Shown piece after piece: positions 47,934 to 56,922 of a DNA stretch of 64,000 nt. Source of the DNA: an uncultured Acidobacteriota bacterium (GTDB lineage Bacteria; Acidobacteriota; Vicinamibacteria; Vicinamibacterales; SCN-69-37); contig CAVXSP010000001.1 in NCBI GenBank assembly GCA_963764505.1, positions 1,959,207-2,023,206 on the forward strand, read 5' to 3'. A program made the translations under genes and the position numbers. Numbering within the stretch: the stretch's first letter is position 1; the number at the start of each line of letters is the position of its first letter. The notes beneath the pieces were generated by a model that was given only the letters and a program-made list of their open reading frames with translations, did not search any database and was not told where the DNA came from.

Positions 47934-49627
47934 ATGGAACCTGCGAGCCTCGCGTCCGCGATCGACGCCTGGACGGCGGTCCTGGGACCGGAGTTCGTCG
48001 TTCGCGACGCGTCCGTCCTCGAGGCGGCTTCCACGGCGACATTCGCGACGACTTCGCACGTCCAGGCGATTCTCCGGCCCGCCGATCGGGAGCAGGTGCA
48101 GGCCTGCGTGCGCGTGGCCAACCGGTTTCGGATCGCGCTCTATCCGATCAGCACGCGGCAAGAACTGGGGATACGGGTCCCGCGTGCCGGTCCGCGACGG
48201 CGTGCTGCTCGATCTCGGCCGATTGAACCGGATCGTCGACTTCAACGAGGAGCTCGGCGTACGTCACGGTCGAACCCGGTGTCACGCAGCGACAGTTGTT
48301 CAGCTTCCTGCGCGAGCAGCGCTCGCGCCTCTGGATGGACGCGACCGGCGCCAGTCCCGATTGCAGCATCATCGGCAACACGCTCGAGCGCGGATTCGGC
48401 CACACGCCAATGGGCGACCACTGCGGCAACGCCTGCGGCCTGGAGGTCGTGCTCCCGACGGGCGAGTGCATCGAGACGGGATTTGGTCGGTTTCCGGGCT
48501 CGAGGGCGGGCCCGGTGAGTCGATCGGGCGTGGGGCCTTCGCTCGACGGTCTCTTCTCGCAGTCGAATCTTGGCATCGTCACGCGGATGACCGTGTGGCT
48601 CATGCCGGCCCCTGAGCACTTTCAGGCGTTCTTCTTCATGTGCCGCGACGAGGACGGGCTCGCGGCCCTCGTCGACGCGCTGAGGCCGCTGCGGCTGGAC
48701 GGAACGCTACGCAGCGTGATGCATGTGGGCAACGACTACAAGGTCTTGGCGGCGGCAGGGCAGTTCCCATGGGACGACACGCTCGATCAGGTCCGCCGAT
48801 CGGCCGGACGAGATGGCGCAAAGGCGGCAGAAGTTGGGCATCGGCTGCTGGAATGGGTCCGGAGGCTTGTACGGCACGCAGGGCCCAGGTGCGCGAAGCT
48901 CGGCGTCGCGTGCGGCGCGCCCTGGCCGGCAAAGTGGATCGGCTGCAGTTCGTCGACGACAGGCTGCTCGGCGTCATGGCTCGGTTCGCGAAGCCGTTTC
49001 GTGCTCTGACGGGATGGGACGTGAGTCGTATCGTCCGGGTGATCGAACCGGTCTTCAACCTGCTGAAGGGCGTGCCCACCGATGCGCCGATGGCAAGCGC
49101 CTACTGGCGCAAGAGGACCGCTCCTCCGGACGCGCCCGATCCCGATCGCGACCGGTGTGGGCTGCTATGGTGCAGCCCCGTCCTGCCGAAGACCGGCGCC
49201 GACCTCCGGGAGGTGACGGAGCTGGCCGTCCGCGTCGTGCTCGAATACGACTTCGAACCGCAGATTTCAGTCTCGCTGGCGACGGAGCGCAGCATCATCT
49301 GCATCATCACGATTGCCTACGACCGCGATCTTCGCTGGCGAGGACCGGCGTGCGCAGGCATGTTACGAGACGCTCACGCGCGCTCTCCTCGCACGTGGGT
49401 ATCCGCCCTATCGCGTGAATGTCGGCGCCATGTCGCTCGTTGGAGGCGACGGCACCTATGCGGACACCCTCAGGGCCATCAAGTCCGCCCTCGATCCGAA
49501 CGGGATCCTCGCCCCCGGCCGGTACGAGCCTGCACCGGTAGCCAGTCGCCGCCCGCACGCGAGACGTCGCCTGACCCGCCCGATCCCGTTCCCGATGGCG
49601 CGGCCGGCGAGTATCATACGGCCATGA
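47934..49627 (+). pseudogene. FAD-binding (PCMH/FAD_binding_4-type) oxidoreductase, at least 5 frame breaks
   Basis: The pieces are ILRPADREQVQACVRVANRFRIALYPIS / GKNWGYGSRVPVRDGVLLDLGRLNRIVDFNEELG / VTVEPGVTQRQLFSFLRE...GLFSQSNLGIVTRMTVWLMP / ...KLGIGCWNGSGGLYGTQ / ...LRAIKSALDPNGILAPGRY. They are spread over three frames. The stop at 49625..49627 forms an ATGA with the next gene. Confidence 0.7.
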
Positions 49628-50178
49628 ACCAGGCACTCCCAATCGCCGTCGTCCTCGTGCTGAGTCTGGCGCCTCTGGCGAACGCACAGACGGCAGTGGT
49701 GCGACCGGGCGCAACCGTCGCGTACATCAGCGGGCAGCGCATCTCGGCAGAGTCGGTGGCCGGCAGGGAGGCCCAGAGCCGGCTGGCCAGCCTGCGCCAG
49801 CAGAAGACCGCTGATCTGCAGGACAAACGACGCGCGCTCGACGCCACGCGGCAGAAGCTGGTCGGCTCGGCCGAAGGCGAAGAGCGGACGCAACTGGAGC
49901 GCCAGGAGCAGCAGGAGCAGCAGGACCTGGAGCGGGCGGCCCAGCAGGCGCAGGTCGAGCTGCAGAACCTCCAGCGCCAGATTGTCGTGGATCTTCAGCC
50001 GCAGGTGCGGTCCGCCCTGGACGACCTGCTGAAGGGCACCGATGTCCAGGTCGTGTTGCAGTTCGAGACCTCGATCGTCTGGGCGGCCCAGGGCCTCGAC
50101 CTGACCTCGGCCGTGATCGAGCGCATGGACGCGAAGACCGCGGGAAGCGGGAAACCATCCTGCAGACTCCAAGGGTGA
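49624..50178 (+). CDS. OmpH/Skp-like periplasmic chaperone
   Basis: The signal peptide is MNQALPIAVVLVLSLAPLANA|Q. A long Gln/Glu/Arg-rich coiled-coil core is followed by DVQVVLQ...VWAAQGLDLTSAVIERMD. Confidence 0.7.
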   Translation: MNQALPIAVVLVLSLAPLANAQTAVVRPGATVAYISGQRISAESVAGREAQSRLASLRQQKTADLQDKRRALDATRQKLVGSAEGEERTQLERQEQQEQQDLERAAQQAQVELQNLQRQIVVDLQPQVRSALDDLLKGTDVQVVLQFETSIVWAAQGLDLTSAVIERMDAKTAGSGKPSCRLQG

Positions 50179-50181
50179 GCG

Positions 50182-50448
50182 ATGAGCCCGATCAAGGACG
50201 CGCTCCGGGAGTTCATCCTCGCGAACGCGCTGCCCGGCGAGTCGCCGGAGAACCTCCGTGATACGACGCCGCTCCAATCGAGCGGGATCCTCGATTCCCT
50301 CGCTGTCCTGGCACTCGCGACGTTCATCAAGGAGCGCTTTGGGGTCGAGCTGGACGTCTACGAGACCGGCATCGAGCAGTTCGATCGGATCGAGGACATC
50401 GCGGGCCTGATCGCAAGAAAGCACGCCAGCGCGGTAGGTTCGGCGTAG
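50182..50448 (+). CDS. Acyl carrier protein
   Basis: Encodes 88 aa. The phosphopantetheine attachment motif is SGILDSLAVLAL (DSL). Confidence 0.8.
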   Translation: MSPIKDALREFILANALPGESPENLRDTTPLQSSGILDSLAVLALATFIKERFGVELDVYETGIEQFDRIEDIAGLIARKHASAVGSA

Positions 50449-50459
50449 CAGAGAGAGCC

Positions 50460-51286
50460 ATGCCGGCGACACGCCCGATGGACGGCGAGCCACTCGACTA
50501 TGCCGAGCGCTGGCTGCTCGACAGTCTGCGGGTCATCAGGCCCTCATTCGTCGCCTACCAGACATCGGTCGACATGACGGCCGCGTTGAGCCAGCTCGAC
50601 GAGCTGCGCCGCCAGAGGAGTGGCGGCGACGACGACGCACCAGCTCGTGCGGGCGGCGGCCCGGGCGCTGGCGGCCAATCCGGCCATCCACCAGATGATT
50701 GCCGGCAGCCGGCGGTACCGTCCCGAACCGGGTGGACATCGGGCTGTCGATCACCGGGGAGACGTTCGTGGCGCCTGTGCTGGTGATCGAGGGCGCGAAC
50801 GAAAAGAGCCTCGCCGAGCTGGCGGCCGAGACGGCCCGTCGCGTGCCGGAGGTGCGCGAAGCCGACCGGCTCAAGCTGCGGGCATTGAGAAAATGGGGCT
50901 GGCTCGTGCCCTCTGGAGTCCTGCGCCGGGCCATCATGCGGTCCCTGTTCGGGAAGGTCGGGTTCCAGCGCCAGGCCGCCGGCACATTCCAGGTCTCGAC
51001 CGTGCCGGTCGAGTCTGCCGCCACGTCGGTGTTCGTCGCTTCCGGCGTCCTCGTCGGTGGCCTGGTCTCATCTCGCGTCGTGCCGGTTGGCGGCCAGCCG
51101 GCCGTCAGGCCAACCATGACGATCACGCTCTCTGGGGATCATGGAGTCTGGGACGGGCGGGCCGCGTCCCGCCTTCTGGCGGCGGTCAAGGCAGAGCTGG
51201 AGCACCCGGAATTCGAACCTCAGGCGGCGCCGGTGGCCCCGCCAGAACACGGGAAGGTTCCCGCTCTCCCCAAGGGTTATCAATAG
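50460..51286 (+). pseudogene. Stand-alone 2-oxoacid dehydrogenase E2-type (CAT-fold) acyltransferase domain protein, two frame breaks (about 50625 and 50725)
   Basis: Shows ...VDMTAALSQLDELRRQR / AATTTHQLVRAAARALAANPAIHQMI / VDIGLSITGETFVAPVLVIEGANEKSL...ITLSGDHGVWDGRAASRLL. The DHxxxDG catalytic motif is present. There is no lipoyl domain. Confidence 0.7.
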
Positions 51287-51331
51287 TCTTCGTCGCCAAC
51301 GACTTCTCCGGCCCTCACCCCTCGCAACTCT

Positions 51332-51343
51332 CTGGAATTCCAG
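51332..51343. promoter_or_regulatory. Perfect 12-bp palindrome CTGGAATTCCAG just upstream of the sigma-54-type promoter
   Basis: Read directly. It lies 22 bp upstream of the TGG of the -24 element and has the same GGAATTCC core as 46797..46812. Confidence 0.3.
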
Positions 51344-51364
51344 CCTTTCCGGCAAAAGCACTTA

Positions 51365-51380
51365 TGGCCCCGCGTTTGCA
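51365..51380 (+). promoter_or_regulatory. Sigma-54 (-24/-12) promoter candidate for the PEP-CTERM protein gene
   Basis: Reads TGGCCC-cgcgt-TTGCA. GG and GC have the canonical 10-nt separation, and TTGCA matches the consensus TTGCW. It lies 76 nt upstream of the ATG at 51456. Confidence 0.5.
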
Positions 51381-51455
51381 AACCTGTCGGTCCGCGCGGC
51401 TTGTGTGTCCATGGTCGGACACTCAGGAAGCGTCCTTGGGGATGCGGAGGCAGAA

Positions 51456-52426
51456 ATGAAACGTGTTTTCTTCTTGGCAATTGGTTTGGCGGCGGTTCTG
51501 GGGTGGGCGAGGCCCGCTTCGGCGGACCCGATTGCGTTTGATATCAACGGCACGACTGCGGGCGGGGCTACCATGGCAAACAGCTTCGACTGGCTGCCGG
51601 GCAACTCGATGGTGGTTGAAACCCTGGTCGGAGCCCCGGTCACGCTCCTATACCAGGCGAACCTCAACTCTGTGGTGGGTTCCCCGAGCATCCTGAACGA
51701 CACGACGGGTGGTTTCGATTCGATCACTGCCGTCGCGAGCTTCACGGCCATTCAAACCGGCCCGGGCACATTCTCGGTCCTACCTGGCGGGACGTTCGCA
51801 CTCTATGCCGGGACGTCGGCCGCCCCCGATCTGGCTGGCGGCACGGCATTCTCGAACGAAAACCTCATCTTGACGGGAACGGCGACTGGGACTGGCTCCT
51901 TCAGCCAGATCCTCGATTTTGCCGGTACGATCCCTCGAACCCCTGCGCGCTGACCGTCCTCGGTTTCAAGGTCTGTGACTTGGATCAGACGTCCGCTCCG
52001 GCCCCCCCGACCAACGATTGGGCTGGATATTTCACGTTCTTCGGGGGCGGCGGGTTCAGCAACCTCCAGGTACAGGTCCAGACGTGGGATCCGACCTACT
52101 TCACCAATCTTTCGAGTTTCCTGAATCCGATTTTGACCATCACGAGCGGCTCGAACAACGTTCCCTTCTCACAGGTGGATCCGACCGCCCTGTTCTGGAC
52201 TGGCCAGGCTGGTGTGACGAGCATCTGCGGCCCGGGCCAGACGGCCGGCGTGAACTGCATCAATGGCACGGGCAGTAACATCATGGCAGAATCGGACGCC
52301 AGCACGGTGTTCCGAGTCACTGCATCCCCGGTTCCGGAGCCGGCGACATTGACGCTGCTGGGTCTGGGACTCGCCGGCTCGGCAGCGGCACGTCGGCGTC
52401 AGATGCGGAAGGCGAAGAAGCAGTAA
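51456..52426 (+). pseudogene. PEP-CTERM sorting-signal protein (predicted exosortase substrate), one frame break near 51925
   Basis: GGAGG lies 5 nt before the ATG. The signal peptide is MKRVFFLAIGLAAVLGWARPASA|DP. The C-terminus is VPEPATLTLLGLGLAGSAAARRRQMRKAKKQ* (PEP motif + TM + basic tail). The two halves are in different frames (..ILDFAGT / YDPSNPCALTVLGFKVCDLDQ..). Confidence 0.8.
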
Positions 52427-52451
52427 GTTACACCCTCCCCAAGGGCAGCCG

Positions 52452-52483
52452 AAGCGGGGGCCACCAGTGGCCCCCGCTTTTTT
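52452..52483 (+). terminator. Rho-independent terminator after the PEP-CTERM gene
   Basis: An 11-12 bp GC stem (agcgggggcca...tggcccccgct) is followed by TTTTTT. Confidence 0.75.
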
Positions 52484-53697
52484 ATTCCCCGCCCACCGTC
52501 GCGACCATTGCGCCAAAACGCTTGGCGGCATCGTATCGACGGTGCGACGCAGCCAGACGCCGGGCATGTTCGTGGTATCTCGTCGTCCCCAGCATCTTCT
52601 CGACCATCGGCCGCACGCGGGAAACCGTCAAGCCCCTGGCCCGCATCGCCTCTCCCGCCCCGGCCAGGCGTACCGCCTCCATGTTGAGGTGCTGGTCCAT
52701 GTTGTTGCTGACCAGCCCCAGCACGGGTATCCCCGCGGCGAGCGCCTGGTAGACCGATGGACTCCCTCCGTTACAGATCACGAGGCTGGCACGGCCAGCG
52801 GCTTCGATGCCCGGCAGGAAGTCTGCCACGTGTGCGTTGGCAGGAACTCGGTCGAGCTTGACTCTGCCGGCCGTCGCGGCGATGACAGTAATGGGCAGGG
52901 CGGAAAGGGCGTCCAGCGCGACGCCCAGGAAGTCCTCCTCGCCCGAACTGCCCGGTGTGACATAGACGATCGCTCGATCGTCCGGGAGCGCATCCCACCA
53001 GGACGGCTCGGAGACGACGGGCGACCAGAGCACCGCGCCGATGTAATGATGCGTTGAAGGCAGGTCCTCGATGGGCGCCAGGTCGGGAATGTCAGCGTAG
53101 GCGGTGTAGTCGCCGAACGTATACATCGTTCGGATGTCCCAGCCGATTCCCGGCAGCCGGTGCTCCCGCAGCACGGCGTTGAGCGGACGGGTGTGGGCGG
53201 CAAACCCGACAGGTCGAAGCAGCCCGAAGAGCGCCCACGCCAGCCTGGCTCCAACGACACCCGCGAGCGGGTAGTCGTATTCCGGAAACCGGAACGTCTG
53301 CCGCCCGTAGGGGCTCCAGTAGGCATTCGCAACCGCGATGTGCGGAACACCGGCCAGGCGCGCGCTGGCCGCCAGAGAAATGCGAAAGTCTCCAACGAGG
53401 AGGTCGGGACCGACTCGCGCGATGGTGGCGAGATTCCTCCTTGACGTAGCCTCGGAGCGTGTCGATGTCATGCATCGGCAGCCCACGACCGAGTCGCCGG
53501 AGGAAGAGTTCACTCGGCAGTGACCGGATGGGGTGGAAGGTGAACGGAAGGTCGCCGAGCAGCCGGTTGTACCGAGGGTCCCAGGCAGCGTGGACCTCGT
53601 ACGTCTCCGGGTCGAGGGTCCGCGCGAGGACGTTCGCCCGGGCGACGTGAGCCAACGTGACGGCTTCGGCGATGAACAGGATGCGGCGGCGAGCCAT
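52482..53697 (-). pseudogene. GT1 (MGT/UDP-glycosyltransferase-type) glycosyltransferase, one frame break near 53433
   Basis: The N-terminal MARRRILFIAEAVTLAHVARANVLA...RGYVKEE is in one frame. LATIARVGPDLLVGDF...VYVTPGSSG...ICNGGSPSVYQALAAGIPVLG is in another. Confidence 0.7.
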
Positions 53698-53843
53698 GAG
53701 GTCAGATCGGCTTTACGACTGTCTCAGGTCGAGACAGCGACGGCGAAAAAGTCCCACGCCGTGCTGGTTGGGCGTCATTCGACGAAGTTCCGGGGTCGTC
53801 CGTTGTCTGAAGACGGATCATTCTGGCGCCGATAATAGGCCGG

Positions 53844-55070
53844 ATGCGGGTCCAGACCGTTGCCGCCCCCCCTGTCGCTCCGACCGCCTCACGTGAGAGG
53901 AGGCCGGCCGGAGCACCGCCCAGCGTGCCTAAGCTGCACGCGCTGACCGGCATGCGCTTCCTGGCGGCCGCCTACGTCGCCTTCCACCATTTTGCGCTTC
54001 TCAGCGGCGTCTATCCGAAGACGCCGTCGATCAACCTGCTGCTCGGATTGGGCTACATCAGCGTAAACTTTTTCTTCATCCTGTCGGGCTTCGTTCTCGC
54101 GTGGAACTACATCGACGACGCCGGGAGCTTCCGCGTCAGTCGGCGGACCTTCTGGATCGCCCGGTTCGCGAGACTGTATCCAGCCTATGCGTTGGCGCTC
54201 CTGTTTGCGCTTCCGAAGTTTGTCGAGCTCGCAATGCGTGGAGGCGCTCCCGCCGCCGGCTCGCCGGCGCTCGACAACCCCTGGCTGGTCGCCGGAACGG
54301 CCGTGACAACGCCGCTCCTTGTCCAGGATTGGCTTGGGCTCCTCGCTTGGAACGCTGTGGGATGGTCGCTATCCGTCGAAGCGTTCTTCTACTTGACGTT
54401 CCCATATATCGCTCCCCGAATCGGCGGCGTGACAGAACGGCGGCTCGGCGTACTCGCGCTCCTCTGCTGGCTGCTCCCGTTGGGACTCGCTCTTCTTGTG
54501 TTCGGAAGTCAGCCGCACGGAAGCAATGCGGCGTCCTGGTACGAGGTATCGACCTTCACGGAAGGATTCTTCTACGCCTCTCCGCTCGTGCACTGGCCCG
54601 AGTTCGTCCTCGGTGTGATCGTCGGACGAATGTTCAGACGCCGGTACGTGGAAGGCAGGGTATCGAACTGGAAGCCGGCCTGGGACTACGTCGCCGCCGG
54701 TGCGACGGTGCTCCTGCTGGGCCTGTTGAGTGTTCTTCCAGGCCAGATCTTCATTAGTCTCATGCCACCTGTTTTCGCCTGGCTCATCTTCTCAGTGGCC
54801 CACTCGTCTTCGAAGCTGGCTGGGCTCCTTTCCTCTCCCCCGATGATCCTGCTGGGGGACGCAAGCTATTCGGTGTACCTGTTTCACGCAACGGCCATTT
54901 ACGCGCTCCTCGGCACGGCTGCAATCCTCGGCAGCGGCCGGCTCCTGTCGTGGCCGGCCTTCTTCTCGTGTTTCGGTTTGATCGTCCTGTTCACCATCGC
55001 CGTGTACAAGTGGGTCGAACAACCCGCCCGACGCTGGATCCGTCTTCGGCTGTCGCCTGAGACGGTTTGA
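53844..55070 (+). CDS. Acyltransferase family 3 (membrane O-acyltransferase)
   Basis: Shows LTGMRFLAAAYVAFHH and about 10 TM segments, and the ORF is uninterrupted. Confidence 0.8.
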   Translation: MRVQTVAAPPVAPTASRERRPAGAPPSVPKLHALTGMRFLAAAYVAFHHFALLSGVYPKTPSINLLLGLGYISVNFFFILSGFVLAWNYIDDAGSFRVSRRTFWIARFARLYPAYALALLFALPKFVELAMRGGAPAAGSPALDNPWLVAGTAVTTPLLVQDWLGLLAWNAVGWSLSVEAFFYLTFPYIAPRIGGVTERRLGVLALLCWLLPLGLALLVFGSQPHGSNAASWYEVSTFTEGFFYASPLVHWPEFVLGVIVGRMFRRRYVEGRVSNWKPAWDYVAAGATVLLLGLLSVLPGQIFISLMPPVFAWLIFSVAHSSSKLAGLLSSPPMILLGDASYSVYLFHATAIYALLGTAAILGSGRLLSWPAFFSCFGLIVLFTIAVYKWVEQPARRWIRLRLSPETV

Positions 55071-55119
55071 TTTGCGGCGTGGAGGCATGCGAACCCCGAG
55101 TTTCCGCTAGTCTACGCTG

Positions 55120-56901
55120 GTGAGCGATGGTTCCCTGCCCGGTCCGGATGCCGGAATTCGGCGCGAAGGCGCGCCGCGTCGATGCTGGCTCGGGCCCGTC
55201 CTGGCGGCTCTTGCCATCGCGCTCGCGGTCATCGCGCATGTGAATACGCTTGGGCATCCCTTCGTTTGGGACGATGCGCAAGAGGTCCAGGCGAACACGT
55301 CGATCGAGGATCTCTCCCGTCCGCTCACGATCGCCCGTCATTACCCCACACGGCCGGTCGTCAACTTCTCCTATGCGCTGGACTACCGGATCTGGGGTGG
55401 TCGTGACGAGTTTGGATTTCACCTCACCAACCTTGTGCTCCATTTGATCGACGTCGGGTTGCTCTTCGGCTTCACATATGTGGTCGTGAACGACCTCGGA
55501 CGAGCCCGCGGGCGGCCGAACGAGGTCGCTGCGGACGCCACCGCGTTCGGGGCCTCCGCGCTGCTCGCCGTGCATCCCATGATGACGGAGGCCGTCGGCT
55601 ATGTGTCCTCCAGGTCCGAACTGCTCTGCGGCGCGTTCATGCTGGCTGGTCTTCTCTGTTTCAGAGAGTCGTTCGACGCCCAGCTCGCGCGCGCCGGCCA
55701 AACCTCCAATGCGGACCCGCCTGGCTCGCCAGGAACTGCCCGCCGGCCAGGGAGTGGTCAATGGCGTTGGCTGGCCGGCGGATTGCTCTGTTTCGGTCTT
55801 GCTCTCGGGAGCAAGGAAATCGCGGCAATGCTGCCGTTCGTCCTGGTTCTGTACGATGTGCTGCTTCATTCTGACCCTCCGCCGCTGAAGCGTTCGCGAT
55901 TCTGGCGTCTCCACCTGCCGCTCATGACGCTCGTGGCGGTCGGTGGGATTGGACGGGTCTGGGTGTTTCTCGCGATCGAGCACCCGTCGGCAGGACGGGC
56001 GGCGGGCCACGTGGTCCTGGCGCAGGCGCACACCATGGTTCGGTACCTGGCGTTGTTCCTCTTCCCGGCGCAACAGACGATCGTCCCCGTGGTCTCTCCG
56101 ATTCTGTCGCTGAGGGACGCCCGGGTGTTCGAGGGTCTGGCGGGCCTGACGCTCGCCCTCATTGCGGTGATTGTGACAAGAAGACGAGCGCCGCTCGCGT
56201 CGTTCGGCCTGGCGTTCTTCTTCCTCCTGCTCGTCCCGTCGTCCGCGCTGAAGGTGCTCAGCGAGTTTGGACAGATGATGGCCGAGCACCGCACCTATGT
56301 CGCAAGCTTCGGACTCTTCATGGCAGCGGGCACGGGACTCTCCAGTCTCGTGGGCTTCACGGGGCAAACCCGCCCCGGTCGCCGACGCGCGGCGCTTTCG
56401 GCGGCTGCGTTCGCGGCCGTGCTCGTCGCTCCTGACGGCGCTGTCCATCTCGCGCAATCGGGTCTGGGCCGATCCGGTCACCCTGTGGACGGATGCCGTC
56501 GACAAGGCGCCGCAGACGTGGCTCCCGCTACAGGGACTTGCGGAGGCGACCGGCAGGCGGGCGAGTGCCAGGCGGCCATGGAGCCGTACCGGCATGCGAT
56601 CGAGCTCTTGCCAGGGAAGGCGGAATCGTATCTGGGCCTAGCCTGGTGCCTTTTGGAACTGAGGCGTGTCCCGGAGGCCGCCGAGACACTCCGCCTCGGG
56701 ATGACGCGCGCGCCCGACAACGCGCAAATCCCGCTCCAACTGGCCGTCATCGAAGAGCGTTACTTCCGCGACCCGACGGAGGCGTTGCGCCTCTGTCAGG
56801 GGGCCCTGGCACTGGCGCCAGATCTGACAGGACTGGCCCAGGAGTGTGTGCGGACGGAATCAGCAGGCACTCTCGAACTGGACGCCGATAACAGACCATG
56901 A
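55120..56901 (+). pseudogene. Polytopic membrane protein with C-terminal TPR repeats (TMTC/PMT_2-like); internal about 120-nt segment out of frame (compensating indel pair about 56430 / 56550)
   Basis: The ORF stays open. Residues encoded by about 56430..56550 read as low-complexity sequence in frame. The +1 frame there gives LLTALSISRNRVWADPVTLWTDAVDKAPQTWLPLQGLAEA, which is the expected TM-to-TPR linker. GTG start. Confidence 0.6.
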
Positions 56902-56922
56902 CGCCGACACAAGCGGGAAATC

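Noticed and set aside
47637-48518. Apparent single ORF joining the C-terminal part of the LuxI-like acyltransferase to the FAD oxidoreductase.
   Set aside because: The linker (…VVTAHQPARLSFRPCHWSRCSPPDGRP…) is not protein-like. A good ATG (47934) starts the FAD protein, and stops exist in the other two frames (47854..47856, 47921..47923). In a region full of indels this is more likely a lost stop or frame artefact than a real fusion.
43090-49627. Programmed ribosomal frameshifting as an explanation for the broken frames.
   Set aside because: There are far too many events (more than 15 in two genes). I saw no recurring slippery heptamer or downstream structure at the junctions. Several breaks are simple homopolymer length changes.
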